Virus record (IMG/VR): IMGVR_UViG_3300030012_004221
Span: 64,001 to 128,000 of that record
Length of the DNA: 64,000 nucleotides
Origin: a virus
Strand: one strand, 5' to 3'
Shown: positions 35,701 through 46,312 of the stretch, one piece after another
Layout of the letters: each line of letters begins with the position of its first letter
How positions within the stretch are numbered: the first letter of the stretch is position 1
The notes under the pieces: model-generated
Database searches by the model: none
Told to the model about the DNA's origin: nothing
Seen by the model: only the letters and a program-made list of their open reading frames with translations
Program-made: the position numbers and the translations under genes

Positions 35701-38685
35701 TTATTCTTTTATAATTCTTTTAAAGTACGTATTACCTTCATGTTTTATATTTAAGAAATATACTCCAGATGGTAAATCTGTAAAATCAATTTGTTTTTCT
35801 GTTATTCTAGATTTTAATGTTCTACCATTAACATCATATAACTCAGCTTCTATATCTAAATCTGTTTCGATTATTAAGATGTTTTCTGTTGGGTTAGGGT
35901 AAACTACTATACCATTAAATCTAGAAAATCTACTATTTATATCTAATCCATCAGGCCAACCATTTTCACAATAGTTATACATTTCTTGACAAACTGGATC
36001 CCAATCATTATCACAACAGTAATTATCTACATCAATTACCCAAGCATAACAATTATTATTTAACCAATATGGGTTGCCAGGTCCTGTAATACAACCTGCA
36101 TCATATAAACAAGCTGATGAATCTGAAACATTTGCATTTGGATCATAATTGAATGCATTTGGATCTGTACAACCTACTATTGCTGTTATACAACTACCAT
36201 TATCTACATTAGCATTAGGGTCATAATTAACTGCTGTTGAATCAGTACACCCATAAACTATTGGAATACATGGATTAGTGAAATCTGTAGCTGATACTTG
36301 ATTTACATTTGCATTAGGATTATAATTAAATGATCCTGGATCCATACAACCATAAACAAAAGGAACACAAGAACCATTATCTGTATTAGCTAAAGGATCA
36401 TAATTAAACGATGTTGAATCAGTACAACCATAAATTATAGGTTCACATGATCCATTATCTGTATTTGCATTAGGGTCATAATTAAATGCTGTTGCATCTG
36501 TACATCCATATACAATTGGTATACAAGGATTTGACGTATCATTTGCACTTACTTGGTTAATATTTGCATTTGGATCATAGTTAAATGAACCTGGGTCTGT
36601 ACAACCATATACAGCTGGTATACAACTACCATCATCTGTATTTGCATTTGCATCATAGTTAAATGCTGTTATATCTGTACAACCATAAATTATTGGAACA
36701 CATGAACTATCATCTGTATTTGCATTTGGATCATAATTAAATGATGTTGGGTCAGTACAACCTAAAACTACTGGTATACAAGTACCAGGTGTATTTGCAG
36801 TTGGGTCATAGTTAAATGCTGTCGAATCCATACAACCTGTAACAACTGGTATACAAGAACCATCATCAACAGTTGCTGTTGAATCATAATTAAATGCTAA
36901 AGGATTTGTACAACCTTCTATATATGGAATACAAGGATCATTTGGATCTAATGTATTTGCATCTGGGTTGTAATTTAATGAAGTTGAATCAGTACAACCA
37001 TAAACTATAGGAATACAAGAATCCCCACAAAATGGTGTAGCTACATATTTTTCATAAAATGGAGCTTCAAATGGTTGTAATGCTCCTTGTCCATTATTAG
37101 CAAATGGGTTTATTCCTTCTTGTAATAAAACAACACTATCTGCATTTTCTAATGTAAATGAATTATGCCAAGTTTGAAATTGAACTTGTTGAGGTGAGGA
37201 TTGTGGGCTACCTACTTCAAAATAAAATACTTCTACTGTTTTATCTGTTTCCAATTGGAATTGGAATGTTTGTTCATATGAACCAGGTCCCATAGTAAAT
37301 GTACCTACTGGCACACCATTTTGAGCAACACCTAAATATGAATTACCCCAACCATCACCTGCAGCATCTTCTATAGTTAAGAAATAATCACATACAGGTA
37401 CAATTGCTTGTTGAGTTGCTGATGGATCATAATTTATAGAATTAGAATCTGTACAACCTACTATATGTAAATTAGCACATGAACCATCATCTACATTTGC
37501 TGAATCACTATATTCTTGGTAAGCTGGATCTGTACAACCATAAACATCAGGAATAACAGGACAAGCAGTTGCTTGTTGTGGTCCTGAATATAATACATTT
37601 CCAAAATTTGGAGTTGTCATTTCCCAAATAGTATCACCAGCACAATCTTTTATAACAACACTACCTGGTCCTGATTGTTGGGTACCAACCATACCATCTC
37701 CATAGGTATCATTTAAAATAAGTTCAAATCCTGCTGTTTGTGATACACAAAAATTATAAATGTAAGTTTGACCAATATCATTATAACCATATTCTCCTGG
37801 TTGTACTGAACCTATGATTCCACCACTATTCATTGTCCAAGATGTTTCACCTGGCCAATTATCTAATGTTATTTCCATTGTGATTGGATATTCTGTAAGA
37901 CTATCACAACCTGCATTTCCAGCACAGCTTCCATCATCTGCTGTAGCCCAAGGATTATAAGATGTTTGACTTGAATCTGTACATCCTTCTATACATGGTG
38001 ATGGTGTATATGTAATAGTATCTGATAAAGTTCCATCACTAAATTCTACTTGAAGGTAATGTTCAACACTCCAATTAGGAGGCATTTGTCCATTTCCTGC
38101 TAACATTCCATAATTAGTAGCAAATGGTGGAACACCTTGATAAAATGGCCCCCATCCTTCTTCATTCCAATATTTTACGTTTACTGGATCACACCATCCA
38201 TTTTCCCATTCCCAAACTACTAATGCTTGTTCACCACCTAAACATTGTTGGTAAGCATTTGTATTTGTAATAGCACATACAGGTGGGGGACAAGGTAATA
38301 GATTTATTGTTGTATCATATTGAGTAAAACTCCCTAACGAATCTACATCTAAATCTAAAATTACACCTTGACATTCATTTGATATTTTAATCCATGCTGG
38401 TGTGTTGGCATTATTATTTTGTGGTCCTCCTTGCCACCCATCACCCCAAGAATCTAGTAATGATATATCTAACTCACCTGAGTCAGCTTGGATTGTTGTG
38501 GAATAAAATTCAAAAGGATTGTTTGGTTGGTAGTTTACTAATGTATCACCTTGTTGTGTGATTAGTGCGAATGATTCATCGTCAGCGTAATAATCGAATT
38601 GTACTTCTAACTTGAACCAACTGTCATTTTGCGAAAAACCTAAAAAAGGGAGTACGCATAACAGTAGTACTAAGATTTTTTTCAT
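35701..38685 (-). CDS. Secreted Cys-repeat protein with T9SS type-A C-terminal sorting domain
   Basis: Sec signal peptide, about 14 GCTD..A.NY...A..DDGSC repeats and C-terminal VYPNPT..LYDVNG..LPSGVYFLNI..KRIIKE. Confidence 0.85.
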   Translation of the reverse strand: MKKILVLLLCVLPFLGFSQNDSWFKLEVQFDYYADDESFALITQQGDTLVNYQPNNPFEFYSTTIQADSGELDISLLDSWGDGWQGGPQNNNANTPAWIKISNECQGVILDLDVDSLGSFTQYDTTINLLPCPPPVCAITNTNAYQQCLGGEQALVVWEWENGWCDPVNVKYWNEEGWGPFYQGVPPFATNYGMLAGNGQMPPNWSVEHYLQVEFSDGTLSDTITYTPSPCIEGCTDSSQTSYNPWATADDGSCAGNAGCDSLTEYPITMEITLDNWPGETSWTMNSGGIIGSVQPGEYGYNDIGQTYIYNFCVSQTAGFELILNDTYGDGMVGTQQSGPGSVVIKDCAGDTIWEMTTPNFGNVLYSGPQQATACPVIPDVYGCTDPAYQEYSDSANVDDGSCANLHIVGCTDSNSINYDPSATQQAIVPVCDYFLTIEDAAGDGWGNSYLGVAQNGVPVGTFTMGPGSYEQTFQFQLETDKTVEVFYFEVGSPQSSPQQVQFQTWHNSFTLENADSVVLLQEGINPFANNGQGALQPFEAPFYEKYVATPFCGDSCIPIVYGCTDSTSLNYNPDANTLDPNDPCIPYIEGCTNPLAFNYDSTATVDDGSCIPVVTGCMDSTAFNYDPTANTPGTCIPVVLGCTDPTSFNYDPNANTDDSSCVPIIYGCTDITAFNYDANANTDDGSCIPAVYGCTDPGSFNYDPNANINQVSANDTSNPCIPIVYGCTDATAFNYDPNANTDNGSCEPIIYGCTDSTSFNYDPLANTDNGSCVPFVYGCMDPGSFNYNPNANVNQVSATDFTNPCIPIVYGCTDSTAVNYDPNANVDNGSCITAIVGCTDPNAFNYDPNANVSDSSACLYDAGCITGPGNPYWLNNNCYAWVIDVDNYCCDNDWDPVCQEMYNYCENGWPDGLDINSRFSRFNGIVVYPNPTENILIIETDLDIEAELYDVNGRTLKSRITEKQIDFTDLPSGVYFLNIKHEGNTYFKRIIKE
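36108..37000 (-). repeat. Tandem array of 11 GCTD/DDGSC coding repeats of roughly 25-33 codons
   Basis: Visible in both the protein and the DNA (recurrent tacaacc and ggatcata-like words). Confidence 0.85.
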
Positions 38686-38691
38686 ACTATT

Positions 38692-38934
38692 TTAATTTTG
38701 TTCTTCTGATTTTTTACCACCAAATATTTTCTCTAAGCCAGCTATACCAAAACAGCCAAGAGTTATTAAGGTAAAAGAATCATAAATAAATTCATTGATA
38801 ACTAAATCCCTACCTAAGTAACCTGTTACAAGGTCTACCACTGCAAAGATAACCATAATTGCAAAAGACATAAATCCAATTACGCTTTTTTCATTAATAT
38901 CATTATTATCTTTGAATATATTTTTAAATGCCAT
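38692..38934 (-). CDS. Two-TM holin-like membrane protein
   Basis: Two TM segments and a charged C-terminus, in a late operon upstream of the endolysin. Start set at MAFKN. Confidence 0.5.
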   Translation of the reverse strand: MAFKNIFKDNNDINEKSVIGFMSFAIMVIFAVVDLVTGYLGRDLVINEFIYDSFTLITLGCFGIAGLEKIFGGKKSEEQN

Positions 38935-38998
38935 AAATTTTCTTTTTATTAAATTCATACACAAAACTTTGTAATATACTTAATGGTAACGATTTGGC

Positions 38999-39007
38999 TA
39001 TAAATAT
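38999..39007 (-). promoter_or_regulatory. Late-type promoter motif ATATTTATA
   Basis: Recurrent motif heading the holin-like/T9SS cassette. Confidence 0.6.
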
Positions 39008-39009
39008 AG

Positions 39010-39034
39010 GAGGAGTATACAAAGTACACTCCTC
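39010..39034 (-). terminator. Stable hairpin (terminator or processing site)
   Basis: GAGGAGUGUAC-UUU-GUAUACUCCUC forms an 11-bp stem with one G-U pair. The U-tract is weak. Confidence 0.55.
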
Positions 39035-39065
39035 TTACTAAATTTCTAGGGAAATATGTTATTTA

Positions 39066-39368
39066 TTATTTTTTTCTAGGTTTTCTTCCCTTTCTTTTTT
39101 TTCCCTTAGCTGCGTCAACAACATCTTTTGATTGACTAGCTAATTCCTTAGCAGCTACAGCAACGTCTTTTAATTCTTCTTTAACTCGCTTTGCTCTGCG
39201 TTTTACTTCTTTAACACCTTTTTTAACATCTTCAACAGCATCTTCTACTTCGTCAGGGATGTAATCTCCATCTCTATCGTTAATTTTACCTTTTTTATAA
39301 AATTCAAAGTAGTAAATAGCAGCTCCAGTTACTAATAAAAGTGCAACAATAACTAATGTTGTAATCAT
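39066..39368 (-). CDS. Membrane-anchored protein with basic coiled-coil tail
   Basis: N-terminal TM, DRDGDYIPD and a Lys/Arg-rich end. Confidence 0.6.
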   Translation of the reverse strand: MITTLVIVALLLVTGAAIYYFEFYKKGKINDRDGDYIPDEVEDAVEDVKKGVKEVKRRAKRVKEELKDVAVAAKELASQSKDVVDAAKGKKRKGRKPRKK

Positions 39369-39412
39369 AATTTGTAATTTAATATATTAATATATGATAA
39401 ATATGTTAAGTT

Positions 39413-40042
39413 TTATTTCCATGCATATAACATTGCTAAATTGTAAAAATCATGAGGTCGTTCATATGCTAAAGAAAATCCATTAGTTGAAAACTTATTC
39501 ATTATATATAATAATTTACTTGTTTTATGACCATCAAAATCACTGCCGTGAGAATATTTTTTACCATCATTTTTCCAGTCTAAATGTATTTCAATAGCCC
39601 ATTTTTTTACTCTATTAAGTGTAGATGTTTTCATATTTATTAAAACTGGATATTCTGCATGTTCAATATCCATTTTAACAAAATCAATATGACTTAATTT
39701 ATTATCATCTATAACTCCTTGAATATTATATAAATTATTTGATGGATCATATTTATCATCTATAAAGCCAAGAGTTGGAATTATTTGGGGATTATTTTTA
39801 GTATTTTCTACTAAAGAATTATAGTGAGGAGGTGCACTTTCAAAACTATAAACTTTACTAGCTCCTTTTTGTATAGCAAAATGGGAAAACATTCCGACAA
39901 ATGCCCCACAATCTAAAACAACATCTCCTGCTTGAACTTTAGAACCATGTTTGTGGTATTCTTCTTCTATAAAAATTTCATTATAAAAATCAGCAATAAC
40001 ACCTTCTTGTTCTATTGGGTATTTAAAATCTTCAATACGCAT
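39413..40042 (-). CDS. FkbM-family methyltransferase
   Basis: VLDCGAFVGMFS and DFVKMDIEHAE. Confidence 0.85.
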   Translation of the reverse strand: MRIEDFKYPIEQEGVIADFYNEIFIEEEYHKHGSKVQAGDVVLDCGAFVGMFSHFAIQKGASKVYSFESAPPHYNSLVENTKNNPQIIPTLGFIDDKYDPSNNLYNIQGVIDDNKLSHIDFVKMDIEHAEYPVLINMKTSTLNRVKKWAIEIHLDWKNDGKKYSHGSDFDGHKTSKLLYIMNKFSTNGFSLAYERPHDFYNLAMLYAWK

Positions 40043-40052
40043 TTATATAAAA

Positions 40053-41768
40053 TTAACCATCACAAGATACACATTCAGCCATTCTTGATCCTAAATCACC
40101 TTTAATCACTGAGTCTGTTCTTAAATAATAAAACGTTTTAATTCCTAATTTCCAACCTTCCATATGAACTTGATTTATCCATTTTGGAGAATCATTAGGA
40201 TCAAATGATAAATTTAAAGATTGTGTTTGGTCAATATATCTTTGTCTTATAGCAGCTTGTCTAACTAATTCTAACTGATTAGTTTCTGGGAATGTTAAAA
40301 ATAATTCTTTTTCATCTGGGGTTAAAATTTCATCTGGTAGGTTTTGAACTGAACCTCCATCCTGAAGCATTTGATCCCACCATTTTTGTTTATTTTCACC
40401 TTTTCCTTTTAATATATTTTCTAATACTTTATTTTTTCTAATAAAAGTACCTTTAGCACCATTAAAAGTGTAAATGTTAGCAGGTAAAGGTTCAATACCT
40501 GCTGATATACCACCACAAATAACTGAGTTAGAAACTGTAGGTGCAACTGCTAATAAATGAGTATTTCTCATACCCGTACCTCTACACCACATTGGTTCAC
40601 CATATTCTTGAGCTAAATCCATAGATGCTTTTTCTGCTTTACTACTGATGTCTCGGAATATAGTATGTGTCCAAGCTGTAGACGCTATAGAATTGAATGG
40701 TAATCCTTTTTGTTGTAAAAACGTGTGCCATCCCATTACACCTAAACCTAATGCTCTACCTTTTTTAGCATGATTATGAGTTCTTCTTAATGAATCCTTA
40801 CCATTAGATTTATCAATAAATTCTTGCATTACACCATCTAAAAACCAAGTTGCTAATTCAACAGTATCTGTATCTTTCCAATCTTCATATTTAGCTAAGT
40901 TTAAAGAAGATAAACAACAAATAAATGAATGTTCTTCATCTGTAAATAATGTAATCTCAGAACATATATTAGTCATAGACACATCTAAATTATTTAATCT
41001 ATAAGCAATAGGATTATCTTTATTAACATTATCCTTATACATTATATAAGGTTCACCTGTTTCCATTCTTGCTTTTAAAACAGTAGCCCACCTACTCATA
41101 GCTTCAGAGTCTCTTGCTTCTAGTTTTCTCATAAAATTATCTCCTACAACTACACATTGGTGTAAGTTTAAACACTGTCTATTAGGATCCCCTTTAGGTC
41201 TTCTAATTTGCAAAAATTCATCTATATCTGGATGTTCAATATCTAAATTAACAGATGCTGCTCCTCTTCTTACATTACCTTGATTAGTAGCTATAATAGA
41301 TGAATCATAAATTTTACACCAAGGTACTACACCTTCACTTTTACCATTACCTGCTATTTCAGTACCTCTAGGCCTAATTCTTGAAACACCAATTCCTACA
41401 CCACCACCTTTAGAAGTTAATCTCATTAATTCAGCGTTAGTTAAACCAATACCTCTTATTGAATCAGGAGTATCAATTCCATAACATGAAATTGGTAAAC
41501 CTCTATCTGTACCCATATTAGAGATAACAGGTGAAGCTAAACCTAACCAACCATTCCAAATAATTTTATAAAATTTATTTTCTAATTCAGGTTTTTTTAA
41601 TCTAAATGCTGCTGCCTTAGCTACTCTTCTATAAGCTTTTTTTACATCTTCTCCTGGGAGTAAATATCCTTTAGATATTGTTGCTAAAGAAATTTCATCC
41701 ATCCATTCTGGGTAGTTTTTTCCTGCTTCCCAACTTGTATAATCTACTTGTAATGCGTTATTTTCCAT
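40053..41768 (-). CDS. nrdA: Ribonucleotide reductase class Ia alpha subunit (no ATP cone)
   Basis: PISC, GGGVG, TNICSEI, APTVSNS, KTFYYLR and C-terminal CVSC. Start set at MENNAL. Confidence 0.95.
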   Translation of the reverse strand: MENNALQVDYTSWEAGKNYPEWMDEISLATISKGYLLPGEDVKKAYRRVAKAAAFRLKKPELENKFYKIIWNGWLGLASPVISNMGTDRGLPISCYGIDTPDSIRGIGLTNAELMRLTSKGGGVGIGVSRIRPRGTEIAGNGKSEGVVPWCKIYDSSIIATNQGNVRRGAASVNLDIEHPDIDEFLQIRRPKGDPNRQCLNLHQCVVVGDNFMRKLEARDSEAMSRWATVLKARMETGEPYIMYKDNVNKDNPIAYRLNNLDVSMTNICSEITLFTDEEHSFICCLSSLNLAKYEDWKDTDTVELATWFLDGVMQEFIDKSNGKDSLRRTHNHAKKGRALGLGVMGWHTFLQQKGLPFNSIASTAWTHTIFRDISSKAEKASMDLAQEYGEPMWCRGTGMRNTHLLAVAPTVSNSVICGGISAGIEPLPANIYTFNGAKGTFIRKNKVLENILKGKGENKQKWWDQMLQDGGSVQNLPDEILTPDEKELFLTFPETNQLELVRQAAIRQRYIDQTQSLNLSFDPNDSPKWINQVHMEGWKLGIKTFYYLRTDSVIKGDLGSRMAECVSCDG

Positions 41769-41769
41769 A

Positions 41770-42756
41770 TTAAAATATTGATGCAGCGTCCCAATTTTGA
41801 ACACCTTTTGAATAATTAGTAACTCTATTTGCAAAGAAATCTGTATGTTGTTTACCTGCTGATAAACTGTCAAACCAGCTCATTCTTTGTACTGCTTCTG
41901 TATCAATACCATTTACGATAGGATCATAACCTAAATCACCCATTTTAGTATTTAATCTATGTTTAATAAATGATACTAAATCATATTTAGTACATCCTTC
42001 TAAATCACCCATTTCATAAACTTTATCAATAAAATCTAATTCTAGTTTTAAAGATAAACGAGCTGCTTCTTCAATTTCTTCTTTTAATTTAGGAGTATCC
42101 AATTCTGGATGTTCTTTTAATAATGTTCTAAATAACCAACAACCAGCATCTGAGTGTAAGGATTCATCTCTAATACTCCATTCAACTATTTGTCCTACAC
42201 CTTTAAGTTTATTTTGTAATTTAAATGAAAGTAAAACTGCAAATGAGGAAAATAAATTTACACCTTCTGTAAATGCTGAAAATATAGCTAATGATTTTGC
42301 TCTTTCATGCCAATCAGGAGTACCATCATGAGAATCTTTAACAGCCATTAATGTTTCAATTTTTGCTGCTGTTGTTTCATCTTCTAAAAATTCTGCAAAA
42401 TTATCTAATCCTAATTCTTCATTTAATAAAGAATAAGCTTCGGCATGAATAGTTTCAAAACAACCAAAAGTAACAGCCATAGCAATAACTTCAGGTTTTC
42501 TAAACCATTTAGTAACTAAAGTTGACCAATAATCATTTACTACAGTCTCTGTTTGGGCAAATCCCTTAAGTATTGAACCTACAATATTTTTTTCAGTTTC
42601 AGATAAATTTTGTTTCCAATCGTTTACATCTGCCATCATTGGTACTTCTGTCCATAACCAATGGGCTTGCTGTTGTTTCATGTAGAAATCAAATGCTTCT
42701 GGGTATTCAAAGGGTTTATATACGATACGTTCTTGTAATAATGATTTTTTTGCCAT
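41770..42756 (-). CDS. nrdB: Ribonucleotide reductase class Ia beta subunit
   Basis: ETIHAEAY, EGVNLFSSF, RDESLH and DFFANRVTNY. Confidence 0.95.
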   Translation of the reverse strand: MAKKSLLQERIVYKPFEYPEAFDFYMKQQQAHWLWTEVPMMADVNDWKQNLSETEKNIVGSILKGFAQTETVVNDYWSTLVTKWFRKPEVIAMAVTFGCFETIHAEAYSLLNEELGLDNFAEFLEDETTAAKIETLMAVKDSHDGTPDWHERAKSLAIFSAFTEGVNLFSSFAVLLSFKLQNKLKGVGQIVEWSIRDESLHSDAGCWLFRTLLKEHPELDTPKLKEEIEEAARLSLKLELDFIDKVYEMGDLEGCTKYDLVSFIKHRLNTKMGDLGYDPIVNGIDTEAVQRMSWFDSLSAGKQHTDFFANRVTNYSKGVQNWDAASIF

Positions 42757-42772
42757 TTTAATTAGTTTTAAG

Positions 42773-44137
42773 TTAAGAATTTAATTCGAAGAATTTGTTT
42801 GAAAGCATTTTTTTATCAAAAGTATCAAAGTCTCCTTGCATTTTATTTGAAGTAGGCAACTCATCAGTTTCATAATCATCAGCATTGTAGTCATGCACTT
42901 CAAAATGGCCAGTAGATGTATCAGCTTTTACACCAAATGTTAAACCATCCATACCATATCTATTTTTCATAATGTGAAATCTTCCTGTTCCGTTTACTTT
43001 ATCTTTTGCTTTCCTCGAAAGAGATAGACAAAAGTCAGTAATCATTATTTTATCATATGATCCAGCTGCTTTGTCTCCCTCAATAACATCATCTTTTGCT
43101 CCAGCACGATTTACTTGTGAAACCGACCAAATAGGTACATCTAACTCACGAGCAAGTCCTTTAGTGCTTGTATAAATATCATCAATTTCTCCCTTACGGT
43201 CAACAGTTCGTTTCTTTGTTGAAAGAAGGTCTACATAATCAATTATTATCAAATCAGCTTTAACTCCTAATTCTTCTACTTTACGAATATGTGATTCAAT
43301 TGTTGAGATTGTTGCTCTACCTGTTGGGAATTCTTTAATAATTAATTGTCCTGGAATTTCAGGAATTATTTCTTCTATTTTTTCTCTATTTCTTAATACT
43401 TTATCAACTGGTATTTTTGAAAAGAAAGCATCGTATCTTCTTCCTACATATTGTTCACCTAATTCTAAAGTATAATGTAAAACGTTATAACCCATTCTTA
43501 CAGCATACCCTCCTAAGGCAACTAAAGACCACGATTTACCACCTCCTGGATTACCAAAAATAAGACCAAAATCTCCATTTCCCAATCCACCTTGGAGTAT
43601 GTCGTTAATCCTTTCCCATGGAGTTGATATAACTGTTCTTGCATCTTCTCTAAAACGAGATTCAATGTCTTTATTATATTCATGTCCTACATTTTTATCA
43701 TTACCAGCTTTTAATGCTGTTTCTACTAAATGTTTAATACCATCAAAATCACCAGCTTTTAATAAATCAACAGATGACATTAGTGCTTTTTTAAGTTGTT
43801 GATTTTTACAAAACGTTTGAAACTCTTCTTGAACGTATTCTAAATCTTCATCTGATGCTTCATATGCTGCTTTTAGCTGTTCTCTTACTGATAATTTTAA
43901 TACTTCATTTTCAATTTTAGAAATTTCTACTTTTAAAATATCCATTGAAGGCGTCGTATGATACTTATCGTAATACCTAAGAATTTCTTTAATTACCCAT
44001 TGATGGGCTTGATTATCAAAATATTCATCACTTAAAATGTCATGAATATTTACTAAAAATTCTTTATGTGTTAATAAAGAAGATAGTACTTTTATTTGAA
44101 AATGAGTACCATACTGATTTAAACTTGTTAATGTCAT
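42773..44137 (-). CDS. Replicative DnaB-like helicase (T4 gp41-like)
   Basis: GNPGGGKS, YTLEL, IIDYVDL, SQVNR and KNRYG. Confidence 0.92.
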   Translation of the reverse strand: MTLTSLNQYGTHFQIKVLSSLLTHKEFLVNIHDILSDEYFDNQAHQWVIKEILRYYDKYHTTPSMDILKVEISKIENEVLKLSVREQLKAAYEASDEDLEYVQEEFQTFCKNQQLKKALMSSVDLLKAGDFDGIKHLVETALKAGNDKNVGHEYNKDIESRFREDARTVISTPWERINDILQGGLGNGDFGLIFGNPGGGKSWSLVALGGYAVRMGYNVLHYTLELGEQYVGRRYDAFFSKIPVDKVLRNREKIEEIIPEIPGQLIIKEFPTGRATISTIESHIRKVEELGVKADLIIIDYVDLLSTKKRTVDRKGEIDDIYTSTKGLARELDVPIWSVSQVNRAGAKDDVIEGDKAAGSYDKIMITDFCLSLSRKAKDKVNGTGRFHIMKNRYGMDGLTFGVKADTSTGHFEVHDYNADDYETDELPTSNKMQGDFDTFDKKMLSNKFFELNS

Positions 44138-44149
44138 ATAACTTTTATT

Positions 44150-45175
44150 TTACAACTTCAATTTTTCGAATATATCTTTAACCCAAAATTCTACATTACG
44201 TATCATTCCACCTAACTTATCTTCATTATAGAATGCTACGAATTGTTCAGGAATGTATTGATATTCATTTGTTTCCACAACCTTAGTTAAGTATTTTTTA
44301 TCATTATCATCTAACATAGGGTTAGATAAATCCATTATTTTATAATTTTTTTCTAATTCATCTATATGTTGAATAACTCTAGCATACACTACATGATCTT
44401 TATATTTTTGTTCACAAATATTATAAATGTCATTTAATGTCATTTCACGTTCTGCTAATTCAGGGAATTTTTTTAATAATCCTTTTTCACCTAATCCTTT
44501 AACTCCCTTAACTTTATCTGAATTATCACCTAAAAGTGTTTTATATAAAATAAAATTATGAGGAGGCATATTATACTTTTCTTTAATCGTTTGATCTGTA
44601 TAATACTCTTTTTCCATAGGACGATATACAATTACATTTTCATTTACTAATTGTAAAAAATCCTTATCAGAAGATACTATAAATACTTTATCTTCTGGTT
44701 TAGAAGGTATGATACTACTCATATAAGCTATAATATCATCAGCTTCTACTTTAGGTAAACTAACAGTTTTAACTGGTAGTGTTTTTAAGTATTGAATTAT
44801 TCTAACCATTTGGTCTACTTTAGCATCATGCTCTTCTTCTAAATTATCAAAAGCATCCCAATTAGTAATTCGTTGTAAATCTCTACCTGATTTATACTCA
44901 GGGAGCAGATTCTTTCTAGCATTAGCTGAACCTGCTCCATCAAATACAACATAAACATGGGTTGGATCTATTTGTCTTATTAATGCACCTAATGATCTAA
45001 AAAATCCACCTAACCCTCCAATATGAACCCCGTCAGGATTGACCATATTCATCATTGCAAAATTTCTAAAGAATAGATTTAATCCATCAATCATTAAAAT
45101 TCTTTTACTGTCTACAGTCCCCTGTCCTTGCTCATCGAGATTATCGAGGAGTTGAAGTAATTCTTTATGTTTCAT
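44150..45175 (-). CDS. 5'-3' exonuclease / RNase H (FEN-like)
   Basis: IDGLN, VVFDG, YKSGR, EADDII, SSDKDF and GDNSD..KGVKGLG. Confidence 0.92.
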   Translation of the reverse strand: MKHKELLQLLDNLDEQGQGTVDSKRILMIDGLNLFFRNFAMMNMVNPDGVHIGGLGGFFRSLGALIRQIDPTHVYVVFDGAGSANARKNLLPEYKSGRDLQRITNWDAFDNLEEEHDAKVDQMVRIIQYLKTLPVKTVSLPKVEADDIIAYMSSIIPSKPEDKVFIVSSDKDFLQLVNENVIVYRPMEKEYYTDQTIKEKYNMPPHNFILYKTLLGDNSDKVKGVKGLGEKGLLKKFPELAEREMTLNDIYNICEQKYKDHVVYARVIQHIDELEKNYKIMDLSNPMLDDNDKKYLTKVVETNEYQYIPEQFVAFYNEDKLGGMIRNVEFWVKDIFEKLKL

Positions 45176-45225
45176 AATTAGTTTTTATGCCCTGAATATA
45201 CGAAAAATATTTCAGGTATCAAAAT

Positions 45226-46302
45226 TTATTCCGGTTCTTCTACATGGGAAGTTATGTCAGTATAAGCTTGATCTTCTTCGGCAATTATAAAATCACTACC
45301 ACCTAAAATCTTTTTCCACTCTTCTTTCATTTCTTCTTTATATGCTTTCAATGATTTATCATTGTCCAATATAAAACCATGAGGGGTCATTACAATTTTA
45401 CCTCTAGTAGTAACACCATTAATGTGATTTTTATCAACTTGTAAATTTACTCTTTTAGCAAATTCAACCTGCTTACCGTCTTTAATAGCTTTTATTTTAG
45501 AAGTACCAGCTGACATAACATTACCAAATGTTACAACAAATGTAGAATCAAACCACATTGCATAACCTCCTTTATTCATTAATTTTGGTTGACCCATTGG
45601 AGATTCTGCCTTTAATGTCCAAACTTTATTAATTGCAACAAGAGTATTAGTATATGGGCTACTTTCCTTTCTAGACAATACAATACGTTGATTTACGTTA
45701 TTACCAAATTGAGTAGACATAGCACCAGCATTCCACTCATTATTGTTTTTATTTGATTTAATTGACATTTCACAAGGTACTGATCCTATTGAATCCCATA
45801 AGAATAATAAATCATAAGGTAAATTACCTTTTTTCTGTTCATCAATCAAATCTAAAATAAATCCAGCTACATCTTCAATTGAATTAATACTTTCTCTATC
45901 AGTATAAATAAAATTACCTGTGTAATCTAATATTTCACCTGTTTCTTCATCTACAACTTCATTAACTTTTAATCCCATTTGAATTGCATGCTCCCAATTC
46001 CATTTCATCTCAGTAATTATAAACACAGGAAGAACTTTACGTTTTTGAGCTTCAACAGCTGCTTCAAGTAAAGCAGTAGTTTTACCTGTATCTGAATGAC
46101 CTCTAAGTAAAACAATATGTCCCATTGGTATCCCCGGAACTGATGTTATCTCTTGATAAGCATCAGAAAGTGGGATCCATTCTTGTTCTTTAAATTTAGC
46201 TTTAGAAGTTAAACCTTTTTTATTCTTAAAACTTTCTAAATTAAAATTTGCTTTAATTTCTGAGGAGACTGCCTCCGATAGTGATTTTTTCTTTCTTGCC
46301 AT
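45226..46302 (-). CDS. RecA/UvsX-like recombinase
   Basis: GHSDTGKT, WDSIGS and KNHING. Confidence 0.85.
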   Translation of the reverse strand: MARKKKSLSEAVSSEIKANFNLESFKNKKGLTSKAKFKEQEWIPLSDAYQEITSVPGIPMGHIVLLRGHSDTGKTTALLEAAVEAQKRKVLPVFIITEMKWNWEHAIQMGLKVNEVVDEETGEILDYTGNFIYTDRESINSIEDVAGFILDLIDEQKKGNLPYDLLFLWDSIGSVPCEMSIKSNKNNNEWNAGAMSTQFGNNVNQRIVLSRKESSPYTNTLVAINKVWTLKAESPMGQPKLMNKGGYAMWFDSTFVVTFGNVMSAGTSKIKAIKDGKQVEFAKRVNLQVDKNHINGVTTRGKIVMTPHGFILDNDKSLKAYKEEMKEEWKKILGGSDFIIAEEDQAYTDITSHVEEPE

Positions 46303-46312
46303 ACAATATTAA

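Noticed and set aside
36108-37000. CRISPR array or DGR template suggested by DNA repeats
   Set aside because: The repeats are degenerate, in frame and encode protein repeats. No reverse transcriptase is present in the window.
41769-41873. N-terminal extensions given by the ORF track (nrdA from 41873; also starts at 1178, 13349, 28525 and 38964)
   Set aside because: They overlap upstream genes or leaders. Downstream ATGs at coupled junctions are more plausible.
41770-42756. Class Ic (Mn/Fe) RNR suggested by Glu as first metal ligand (FAQTE)
   Set aside because: The radical tyrosine is retained (ETIHAEAY), consistent with class Ia.
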